Positions 53,301 to 64,000 of a stretch of 64,000 nucleotides of DNA are shown here, in pieces. Source of the stretch: Phoronis australis. Taxonomy: Eukaryota; Animalia; Phoronida. A model generated the notes under the pieces. It ran no database searches. It saw only the letters and a program-made list of their open reading frames with translations, and was not told the DNA's origin. The position numbers were made by a program, and so were the translations under genes. Each line of letters opens with the position of its first letter. Position 1 is the first letter of the stretch. The DNA lies in assembly GCA_002633005.1 (NCBI GenBank), contig NMRA01000860.1, forward strand, positions 52,287 to 116,286. Reading direction: 5' to 3'.

Positions 53301-55060
53301 ATCTCTTAAGTTTTTCAATGAATTCTTTTCAATATCAGCACACTAGTGTATGTCAACATGCCAATTGAACAACCTACTTAACTACGCAATAGGCCTAACC
53401 AATCAGAAAAAAATAGGTCAAAGGTCATTGAGTGCAAAATTAAAATTTTGAGCTAGAGACTTCAAAATTACATATCTGTTTACTAAACGCGATTGAGTTT
53501 GAATTCTAAATTTTTGGGTCATTTGGTGCATCCATGGGGTCATTTGGTGCATTTTTCTTCTGAAAGTTTGACCAATTCATTCATGTTGTATTCTTAAGTG
53601 CTTAAAGCAAAACACCTGTGATTCTTAGCGTTAACTATACTTTAAATTGGTTGTACAATTATTCCCTCACTGGGGTTCATAATGCACCGGAAGAGGTCAG
53701 TTAGTGGAAAGGTCATCAAACATTAATATGAAATTACTCCTACAAATTAAAAGAATTTCTTTTCATATTTGTAAACGGGTTGCTGTCAGTAACTTCCCAT
53801 AACAATCCCTTTAATACGCACGCGCAGAGTCCATTATTGTCACGCCGTGACAATAATCTTTATAGTTCTTCTTATTCTTATTCTTATTCTTCTTCCGACC
53901 AATTTTGAGGCTTACTAACTCCAAATTGGGTGCAGGTACGTTCATTAAATTCAGCATATAACTTTTGACAGTACATAAAGTTTGATTGGTTATATAATCA
54001 TATTCCATAATGCACCGGAAGAGGTCGTTTGGTGCAAAGGTCATATAATTTTCAAAATGCTACTCCTCCTTCAGTTTTAAAGCTATCTTTTTCAAATTCG
54101 GTGCACACGTATAAGTCAACATGACAATTTATAATATCACTTTTCTAAGTAATCGGGTCATCCAATCAGGTGAAATTGGTCAAAGGTCTTTAGGTGCAAA
54201 CTAAAATTTTAGCTAGACCCTTAAAATTGACAGGTCTGATTGCCACAGGTAAATGAAATCGGAATCGAAAGTTTCAGGTCATTTAGTGCAAACATGGGGT
54301 CATTAGGTGCATTTTTCTTCTGAAAATTTGACCTTTTCAATCAGCAAGTATTCTGATGTGTCAACCGTTAGACAACTGTGATTCTCAGCGTTAAACACAT
54401 TTTCCATGGGCTTTGCAATAATTTTCCTAAAGATGCTTAAAATGCACCGGATAATCTCAATTAGTGCAAAGGTCATGTAACGTTCAAAATGTCATAATTC
54501 TTACGTTTTTCAAGGAATTCTTTTCAATTTCAGCACACTGGTGTAAGTCAACATGCCAATTGAATACCCTACTTTACTTCGCAATAGGCCTAACCAATCA
54601 GAAAAATAGGTCAAATGTCACTGAGTGCAAACTAAAATTTTGAGCTAGAGACTTCAGAATTACGTATCTGTTTACTAAGGGCGATTGAGTTTGAATTCTA
54701 AATTTTCAGGTCATTTGGTGCACCCATGGGTTCATTAGGTGCATTTTTCTTGTGAAAATTTGACCAAGTCATTCATCTTGTATTCTGAAGTGCTTATAGT
54801 AAAACATCTGTGATTATTAGCATTAACCAGACTTGTAATCGAGTTAACAATTACTCCCTCATCGGGGCTCATAATGCACCGGAAGAGGTCAATTAGTGGA
54901 AAGGTCCTCTAAATATTAACATGTAATTTCTCCTACAATTTTAAGGAATTAATTTTCATATTGGTAAAGGGGTTGGGGTCAGTAACTTCCCATAACAATT
55001 CCAGTAATACGCACGCGCAGAGTCCGTCATTGTCACGCCGTGGCAATAATCTTTCTAGTT
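41308..55060 (+). mobile_element. Array of ten Helentron-type non-autonomous (HINE/DINE-1-like) elements
   Basis: Head hairpin ACTCTGCGCGTGTAAGCGCAGAGT, then (TTCTTA)n microsatellite and internal repeats, inverted subTIR CACGCGCAGAGT, 3' hairpin TTATTGTCACG-C-CGTGACAATAA and CTAGTT end. Ends at 43277, 44463, 45658, 46914, 48609, 49800, 50996, 52254, 53867 and 55060. Confidence 0.85.
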
Positions 55061-56035
55061 GTTACTGTACAACTTTTGCCCTGACGGTCTGTGGAAGGAA
55101 AACCCGACATCGCGGCCCCTGACAAGTAGATTTTCAGTTTCGTGGCTAATTCACATAAATAATTACGTGCACATTATTTCTTTGGCTCACTATTATAATC
55201 TTTTCGTGCCTGGAGGTTTAGTTTCCAACTCCAGCTGGTTTGTGTTCGTGCCAATCCCGGCGACCGCGACGGGCCTGATCGGGTTCCGAGCCACTGGCCG
55301 GGATAACAAGCGTTATGTGTGTTTAGAACTCAAAAAATAACAAGTATAACAACACAGATCTAGGTTCTCCTGTCTGTATTTCACTCAAGAATACTTGAGT
55401 TTACCTCTGAACAAACCCCAAACTCCTCAGTGCTACGGACCTTGGTAAATTGGCCTGCCGAACTTTGTAGGCTACGGTGTGTCCAAATACCAGTAAATCC
55501 GTAATAGCGAAATAAAACAACACGTTTTTGTAAGAACTCGGATTATTTTTAATGGTTTTACATCAAAGTGTGATGATTTATTGGTGTTGAACGATGAATT
55601 CAAGCAATAAGCTGACACCAGTAACCTGTGTTGCGAACTGCTGAACAGACTACGTGTGAAACTAATTACGTCATTGGATAATTTCAACACTTCCGTCTGC
55701 CGTCAGATGTCAGGTAACGCAGCCGAACGTGCAGTTCTCGAGTAGAACTACTCGATATAAATTGATACAAAATATGTTGTTTTTTGGGTGACATTCTCCT
55801 TTAAATTTTCTCTCCTGGCGTGTTAAATTTTGGTCCCGCAGTGTTAAATTTTAGGCGTTGGCGTGATAAATTTAGATTTTGAGTGTTTTTTTGTATTACA
55901 AAGTCAAAGTAATATTTTGGGTTGTTTTTAAATCTTGTATAAGAATTTGTGCCCTAGATTTTTTCCGAGTTGCTTTCCATAGATTGCTGACTAACAGACT
56001 CCTGCCTACTTGCATTTGTCTTTCTTACATTTCAG

Positions 56036-56167
56036 ATTGTCCTTCTGGTAAATATGGGGCAGACTGCGCTCAGACGTGCGGATCATGCAAGTTCGGTCAC
56101 TGTAATCGTTTTACTGGTCATTGTATTACCGGCTGTAAAAATGGATATTACACTGACAACTGTAAAG
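56036..56167 (+). CDS. Tie1/2: Tie-like receptor exon: EGF-like domain 3
   Basis: ttcag|...|gtaagt, 132 bp, phase 1-1. CPSGKYGADCAQTCGSCKFGHCNRFTGHCITGCKNGYYTDNCK. Confidence 0.92.
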
Positions 56168-57377
56168 GTAAGTGTGCACGCGAGACAAGATTATAACTGT
56201 AGTTGGTGGAAAATGTTATGGTATATTCAAGTATTTGGGCTTGTGGTTTAACATGACAGCGTTTTCCCGTTCAGTGATTTTACCAGATGTAGAGGGTTGT
56301 GAGCTTAAGATAACATCTAGCTTGAAGTTCTTTGTTAACTGCCAAGCACAGTCTTTTATCTGTTATGACAACAGGCAGGCCAATGGGGCTATTCGGAAAA
56401 TTTACATTAAATAGAGGGCGCGCGTGTATTAGTGGTGGTAGATAAGCAGCCTCGATTTCGCAAGCCCTTTAAATACATGTACATGGTGAAATGGCTTACA
56501 GCCGTGCCAACTGAATCTGAGATTGCGTGAAAAGGTAGCTTCTACGAGAGGAAGTAAGCAAGCTCTTATACAAAGGTAAGGTTTTTGATTATTTTAACGA
56601 TTATTCCATGTTTATTCTACCGATGCCTGTTAACTTAGGTACTCGCCGATGTCGACTTCGCGGCAGTCGCCAGTCGGGTTAATCTCTGTTGTGATGTGCG
56701 TTCCGATACTTGACGTAGCACTCGGGATCTTTTCGTACATCAAAGCTGTATTATTGTTTGAAATGATTTCTGACAGGTTTATTAGTGACAGTTACATCAA
56801 TGAATGCTGAATGTTTATGCTGTCAACTCGATATTGGTTAGTGATTTAAGATTACAATCAAAGCCCATTGGCAAATGGTACGTGACAAATATCCCTATCC
56901 TATGTATTCCGGAAATCTATTACCCGTTGAAATGGAATCTATCATGTCTGTTTTCACGTGACCTTTGGTTTGTAGATTTGAGGGCTTGTACCGTGCAGAG
57001 GAGATATGCATTGCTTCTGCACCGTTCCTGAATGGAAAAAAATTGGCAAGCATTTGACTGCAGCTAACCAGCAAGATCTTCCCATCCAGTGCAAATCTGT
57101 TGTCAAAGCCTACTTTCTATATTGGAGACAACGAACAAAACCTTTCAAAAGGAACATCTATTTTTAAAAGATATGCAAGTCATTTTGTTAATTTACTTAT
57201 TCAGGTCCTTAGCGGGATATTGGCATATGGCGTTGGGGTTGTAATATTTGGTGCAACTTAATGTGTGGAAATAACAGGTAATACATGGGGGAAAGAGCAA
57301 GGTGAGGTAATCCTTAACCTTCATGAAATTTCTTCAAGTTTATTTCATGAAACTGTTTTGCTATCAGTTGTAAACCC

Positions 57378-57404
57378 ATATATATATATATATATATATA
57401 TATA
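57378..57404. repeat. (AT)n microsatellite
   Basis: Direct observation. Confidence 0.95.
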
Positions 57405-58491
57405 TTACATTTTCTGAATTCTCAGTGACTGAATAGTCTTAACTCATGCCCTGAAATATTTCAAGTCGTTCATAAATTCAAATGACTGCCATTTTGATGG
57501 TGCGTTACGTTTTGTAATTACTCTTAAACAGCAGAAAGATCATCCATCATTTTTTAAATGACCCAAGTCTTCGTATCTTCTATTAGAAGAAAAATAAAAA
57601 AGTTTGAGATAGGGTTCCCTCAGTTTTAGACCAGAAGTATGTTTGACAGACCCATGGTTCTGTAATCGGAGTTTAAAATTGCTGAAAGTATCAAAAATAA
57701 AAAGGCTTGAAAATGGGTAACAAAGGTTTGAAATTGTCTAAAAAAAATTGCATATTTCGCAGACACGTGATGCGTTTAAAGAATTGTTATGGCTACGGAT
57801 GAAAAATAGTTGTCGCAGTTTCATACAGTACTTATTATATACACCCTTGCTTTCTGAAAATAGTAATTATTTAATTTTGTGTGGAATTGTAGAGCAGTCA
57901 CCATATCTTATTTTTGAAAAACAGGGGTAGCATTTTTGAACCAACCTGAAGTAATTAATTATTCATATTTCAATATTTGTTCCAGGTTCACTGACATTTA
58001 AGGCCACTTCAAGCCACAACATATACAAGCTCTGTTACTCCTTACTCTTCCCACAGCATTTCCACACACCAGCAGTGCTGCATGGCACAATGTACAAGTC
58101 AGTGGCCCTGGACAAATGTGAATCGCAGTACTAACTTACCATAAGACAATGTGCCAGTGGTTTGTTTGTGTATGAAGATGAACTATATGTGACTGCTACA
58201 CAAGTCAGCCTCGTTGGTGAGGATGCCATTTCATGGGCAATGAGTCATGTGTGTACAATAGCTTATTTCCTTTCCTGGAAGAAACATCAGGGACTGGAGC
58301 TAAAGAAGACATAGCGACACTCTGGTCTAGTTCAGTGTCAGATTTTGGCACAGAACGAGAGTCAAGTGACATGCTGTTGTGTCTACCTTCAAGGATCTAC
58401 TTGTGGATGTTATTGAGACTGAATGAGATTACATGAAGGAAAGCCACGTGCCGAAACTGGACATTTTTTAAAAGCGCTTCTATAGGCTATT

Positions 58492-59872
58492 TAGTCGGTG
58501 GGCCAGATTTTGTAGGGCCTCTAGAAAATGGTTTTTGTGAGTACTTTAGGGGGGCAATTTTATTTTGGTGTTTTTTAATTCATTTATTAGAGTGTTTTCA
58601 AAATCTAAAAAGTTCCCACATATAAAGTTGCACATTTTTGAGAAATTTGAGTTTGAAGTTACCTAATAATCACCAAAGAGCTTAGTAAACTTATATTTGT
58701 AAAAACAACAGTTTTGGTGACTTTTTTGTAAAACAAGTAATATGGNNNNNNNNNNNNNNNNNNNNNNNNNNNNNNNNNNNNNNNNNNNNNNNNNNNNNNN
58801 NNNNNNNNNNNNNNNNNNNNNNNNNNNNNNNNNNNNNNNNNNNNNNNNNNNNNNNNNNNNNNNNNNNNNNNNNNNNNNNNNNNNNNNNNNNNNNNNNNNN
58901 NNNNNNNNNNNNNNNNNNNNNNNNNNNNNNNNNNNNNNNNNNNNNNNNNNNNNNNNNNNNNNNNNNNNNNNNNNNNNNNNNNNNNNNNNNNNNNNNNNNN
59001 NNNNNNNNNNNNNNNNNNNNNNNNNNNNNNNNNNNNNNNNNNNNNNNNNNNNNNNNNNNNNNNNNNNNNNNNNNNATGTATTTTTAAAAAACACGTACCT
59101 GTTTTTGAAAGCTATACTTCTTTCTCTTTCTTGAAATGTGGCCCATAATGTACTTTTCCTGCTAACAAATGATGCACTCATGTTTCAGAATGTTCCTATC
59201 TTGTTCAGGTTAATTGGGTGTTTCAGATTTTGGAAGTATAATTGATTTTCTTGGGAAATCTTGGATAACATCTGTATCACTTTCAGCAACTTCAGCTTTA
59301 GTACTTCTGTTGGTGCCTTGAAACGTTGCTATGCCGTTCTATGTCCTTTCAATTTTCTGGTTTAACACCTGGTATTCTAGTCTACAGCACTCAGCAGTAT
59401 ACTGTGTAGGCTACCAGGACATGCAGCTGACGGTTTTCTGCACAAACGTTTGTGACACCTCTTCTGCTTTTTGATCTACTGATCTACAGAGTTCCACAGT
59501 CAATCAGATTTCGTCAGGAAGCTTTCCTAAGCTTCTTTAGGCTCTGACATCACAATTTTGTGCTGTTTGATAAACCTTGAATTATACAGGCATCACACTA
59601 CATGGGAGCAGCCATATTGAAGTAACTAAGCACAACAATACAATCTGGCTCTCTGATTGGTCAATTCAATAGAAAAGCGCCATCAAGTGGCAGGAATGTA
59701 CATCATATTTTGTGCAACAAAAACACCTTTTTTTAAAAAAATGTGCAAGTGTAGACGTGGGAACTTTTTGGAATTTGATTTCTAGGTATATTACCTAGCC
59801 ACATAGAAAAAACTAGGTTGCCCCCCAAAGTACTCACAAGGATGAACGCTACGAGATCTGGCCCACCGACTA
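58492..59872. mobile_element. Academ-like non-autonomous DNA transposon spanning the assembly gap
   Basis: ATT|TAGTCGGTGGGCCAGAT ... ATCTGGCCCACCGACTA|ATT. Imperfect inverted similarity extends ~140 bp (tgtgagtacttt, aaaaagttcccac, ttgcacattttt). TAG termini with a 3-bp TSD fit Academ. Confidence 0.8.
58746..59075. other. Assembly gap (N run)
   Basis: 330 N. Confidence 1.
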
Positions 59873-60478
59873 ATTGGAACTAAATCCCAGTGAAACGAAG
59901 AGCAAAAGCATCTGGTATAAATACCTGTCCTTTCTCACTGAGTGACATTAACTTTTCCTTTCAGAAGAAAGGCTTTATAATAATGGTAAATCTTTTCAAC
60001 TTCGCACAAATTATGGGTAAATGACATACAGTGACTGCATCGATTGTCTTATTGTCATTAGAAAGCCCTTTATTGTTACACTTTGATGATCGAATAAATT
60101 TTTCATCAACTAGCAAGTTTGTCACTAATTATTCAAACCACAATATTTCTTCAATTTTAAAGCCCCATACAGTGCAATTGTGCTTATTTTATATCAAGAT
60201 GAAATGATAACTGAATACGCATGAGAATTGTTATTTCCCTGTTGGCCTCTAGAAATGTGCAGCGATCAAAATGATGTATTCCCTTTGTTTGCATGAACTT
60301 TCTTAAGAAGGCCTTTGAAAATTTTAAGTATTGTGTTAACTTGTTTATAAACAAAAGTTCAACATGCAAGAAAAGTATGCTTTCAATTGTAGCTAGCTAA
60401 AAAGAATCTGCTATGCACAAAAATCGAGATTAAAACATTATTAGTGTAACAAAATGTCAAACTGAACAACCACATACA

Positions 60479-60725
60479 CATGCGTGCACCTAACCTAGGG
60501 GGGGGGGGGGNTCGGTGGGCTCGAATGAACCCCCCGTTTGGCGAAGTGGACAAAAAGGTCCGCCTCAGAGAAACAAAAAGTCCGAGAAAACGAGACGAGA
60601 GCGCGCAGTTCACAGTTCTGAAGGTGGTACCTCGTTTTTTGTAGTCCTCCAGCTTTTTGGTTAGCAAAAGGTCCACTTCTTGAGAAATTAGAGTCCCCCA
60701 AAACTAAAGGCTGGGTGCGCGCATG
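60479..60725. mobile_element. hAT-like MITE
   Basis: CATGCGTGCACC / GGTGCGCGCATG inverted ends with an internal G-run. Flanks are similar but not an exact TSD (cacataca / atacatac). Confidence 0.55.
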
Positions 60726-63338
60726 ATACATACACAAACAACATTGTTATAAACAATTGTAATTTCCCAATGCAACGGAGTCCATAATCGGGCACATGAA
60801 ACGCTTAAGTTCTGAATTAGGTTCAATTCTCCATGGTTATTGCTGAAGGATTACTTTTCACCTTGTCCAAAGGTAAAATAGACGGTCAGGCGGCTGGTTT
60901 CTGTCGTTTTCTCTCACCTGTAACAGAATAGTCAGAGGAATATAAGAAAATTATAAAAGGAAACGCAAGACAAAACTACTTTTGTAATACAGAACATACT
61001 TGAAGTTTCATCTTCATGTTTATACAATAATGTATGTAGAAACTAATAATCTTTGAACCGAAGTCTTATGTTCCTTGAGCTTGAGACACGCGGAGTGTGT
61101 GATGCGCTGACCTAGTTTATGCAGAGAACCTGGCGAATGGCCAAATTTAGCTATTTCAATGGTTCGGAACAGCACCAAGCTTTAGGATTTTGTTCCCTAC
61201 AGCTAATCACATGAGACATACATTCACAAATTGATATGTACATGTGAATTGGAGGTATGGTAATAAACACACATTGCGTGTACACTATGTACTTTGTGGT
61301 ATTACCACAGTCACATTTGTGTACAGTGAAATAACTATAAAAACGGACGTTCGACAAAGAGTGAAACGCGACAACAAAAATTGGATGACAATAACAAATA
61401 ATACTTAAGAGCATAGATAACAGCACAGATTTTAGGTGATATTTTTGTTTCCTATCTCAAGCATGTATCCCATGTGTAGCGTAAACCCGTCTAAAGCTGC
61501 AAGCAAAATACATGCAGTACGTCTAGGCGTATTATAAAACCATTTGTTATTCGGAGGATTCTCCACCAGAACATGTTTGAGAATTAAATATGATGTGCTT
61601 TTATGGCACGCTTTTCGTCAAACCATTTGTTTGTAGCGTATGGGCCTAAACGGCATTGTCGTACAGATGATCAACATTAAAACGTTACATATTGACCTTC
61701 TGCAGTAGACTCCAATCTGAAGGCCCACCGAATGTGGAGATCTCCGAAATCAACTGGAAAGTTATTCTACCGTACAAACATGTACAGTAGACCAGCACGC
61801 CTTTGAAAATTCTTTTGTGCATTTCCATAATGTAATGATGGGTGGTACGGCAAAAAGTGCCAAAGGCAATGCTGACTATGCAGTGACAATGAGGAATTTA
61901 ATAAGTCTTCAGGCTACTGCAGTGAATGCCAGGGAGGGTACAATAGACCGCGTTGCGGTAAGATCTGTGTAGTGTTAGCGAAAAATGTGAATAAGATCAC
62001 GCAGAATTTGAAAATTAATATTTGAAAACAGTCAAATACAACTTCATCGATCTCTGACCCCTTGTCCTCCAACAACTTCCTCCCCTGGACTCCTACGGCC
62101 ATTTTCCGTCCTGAAAAAGAAGTCATTTGCAACCTAAAACTTTCTAAACAATTTGGGCGGGTCTTGTGAAAATGGAGCCCTAAGTTGCCGTGTTCCATGT
62201 TCATGGAGATATGCACGAGGGTAAGCATGGATAAACATTCTCCAGAGGCTGGTTTCATGAAAAGCGACTTCTAAAAAGACTTAAGTGGGATATTTGGTCT
62301 CACCCTTCCACGCCACAGTTATTAAATGAAGGTTTAGCCATGAAGTTGTTGTTATCTCACAACCCCCAAATAATCCATAAAATTACCTCAGTAAGTAGCG
62401 TGTATTCTCAGACACTTTTTGCTGGTGTGAGTCTAAAATATACTTCAGGAATTGTTATGTGGGGTGCAAGACCTATGGTCTTACTTAAAAGTCTCAAGTC
62501 ACACTATATGAAACAGACACCTGGAGTTTTAATATGTGCAGTACACCTAAATGGCAGTGTTTCATTATTCGACTACAGATACGTTAAGTATAGTGACAAA
62601 TATGTATCGGCATTTGCTTTTGAGTCTTATTTTTATAAAGTTGGTGAATTATTGGTACTTTTCATTTACATGTATTCGTGTTGTTGCATGTTTATGGCAG
62701 AGTAAACACTGAAATGAATAACGTTCTTCACATGCTGATGTAAACTCGATTCATCAACATGGGAAACTTTTTCGCCAGCTCATCGCATAAAGATCGGTAG
62801 ATAGGCGTATGCATTGTTCACTTTGATTCTATTTCTGATAATAAAAGTAATGGCAAGCACTTTTCAGTAACCGACTGATGTGCGCCCAAGGTACATGTAC
62901 GATGTGCATACGACCTGTATTGTAATCTCCAACAAAGAAGTAACAAAGGAAAACAATGGTAGTGCCGCATAAGCGATAACCATGCGACCCGCTTACGCCC
63001 GTCGCATGGATCTCGCCAGTTAAGCAATACTTTGCAATTTCCAGACGACGTCATTTGGGTCATTTGGCAGTGTGCGAATGACTGGGCAAAAATCATCAGT
63101 AGTGGAGTCATATTCGTTTTTGTCGTGTAAGTTTGACTTGTACATTATGCGATTCAAATTTTATTCTGCTACAACTCAGGGCCCATTGGCTCAGGAGAAT
63201 ATAGTGCGTTATCCTCTTGACGAAATTTTGTAATGTCATAATCTGAGTGTCCCCCCATTGCCAATTTGTTCAAATTTTTATGAGTCCTCATTATGCCTTT
63301 GCCTAACCATAATGACTTGTCCTTTTTACTTGCAAAAG

Positions 63339-63626
63339 TACCTACACTACGAAGTGCTGCAGAGGTCCGCGATATAAAATCTCAATCAGCAACTGTCTCC
63401 TGGGAACCGTTGGCGGACATGAGTGTCACCACCTACATAGTGGAGTACAAAAGTAAGAACCAAACGTCGTGGTCCGAAGACAGGTCGGCAAGGCCGGTTT
63501 TTTCGCTGAAAGGTCTTCAGCCGGATACAAAGTATAGAGTCCGAATTAGGGCAGTGATCGAGGTACATAATGTGGAGAAAATTGGTCGCCCGAGTACAGT
63601 GGTTACTTTTACTACTCTCTGTGGAG
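63339..63626 (+). CDS. Tie1/2: Tie-like receptor exon: fibronectin type III domain (gene continues beyond the window)
   Basis: aaaag|...|gtaaga, 288 bp, phase 1-1. SATVSWEP..YIVEYK..W..LKGLQPDTKYRVRIRAV. Confidence 0.9.
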
Positions 63627-64000
63627 GTAAGAACAGATTCGCAAACAAATGTTTGTTCCTATAGCTCCGGTAGTTCTTAAAGATTAGAAATAACTTAAAC
63701 CTATTGAATTATGCATATGCTACGTTTCTAGCTACTTCATTTTATAGGACACGCATGTGCCCAACATGAAAACCAAAATTCCAATAATTAGCGAACTTAC
63801 ATGTGTATGGGTTTTAAACAATCAACGTATTGAGGACATGTTTACAAAATATGATCTCTCTGATATCACATGACCAGCTGTTGTGTTACCCGCAATCCCA
63901 TGGTCTTGAGGTTGCTTTTTGGTCAAGTCAGATTAGTGAACCCGTACTCAGGCTGAAGACATGGTACACTGTATGAACTAAGGAACTTTATTAAAATTGT

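Noticed and set aside
41507-54044. Recurrent 60-117 aa ORFs in the array
   Set aside because: By-products of the repeat and microsatellite (KNK/ILL tracts); frames are not conserved between copies.
58663-59181. Long ORFs at the gap
   Set aside because: Artefacts of the N run.

Overview
This is AT-rich eukaryotic (invertebrate animal, plausibly echinoderm-like deuterostome; inferred) scaffold DNA with single-N joins and one N gap. The left half (1-30.2 kb) is a nest of transposons whose ends can be read directly: a pogo-like element whose DDE core is deleted but which carries an in-frame OTU protease domain plus PHD finger; a head-to-tail pair of AT-TSD elements; a Harbinger-type MITE, a 9-bp-TSD Mutator and a Kolobok nested inside the first of them; a solo LTR; a decayed LINE; a decayed intronless USP domain; and a second Kolobok. 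The right half holds six + strand exons of a Tie1/Tie2-like receptor (Ig-like, Ig-like, 3 x EGF, FN3) that runs off the window. One intron holds a 13.7-kb array of ten Helentron-type non-autonomous (HINE/DINE-1-like) bodies behind five stacked 5' heads, suggesting repeated self-insertion. Best candidates for new biology: the self-nesting array, and deubiquitinase cargo (OTU, USP) in mobile DNA. All calls are by eye, with no database searches.
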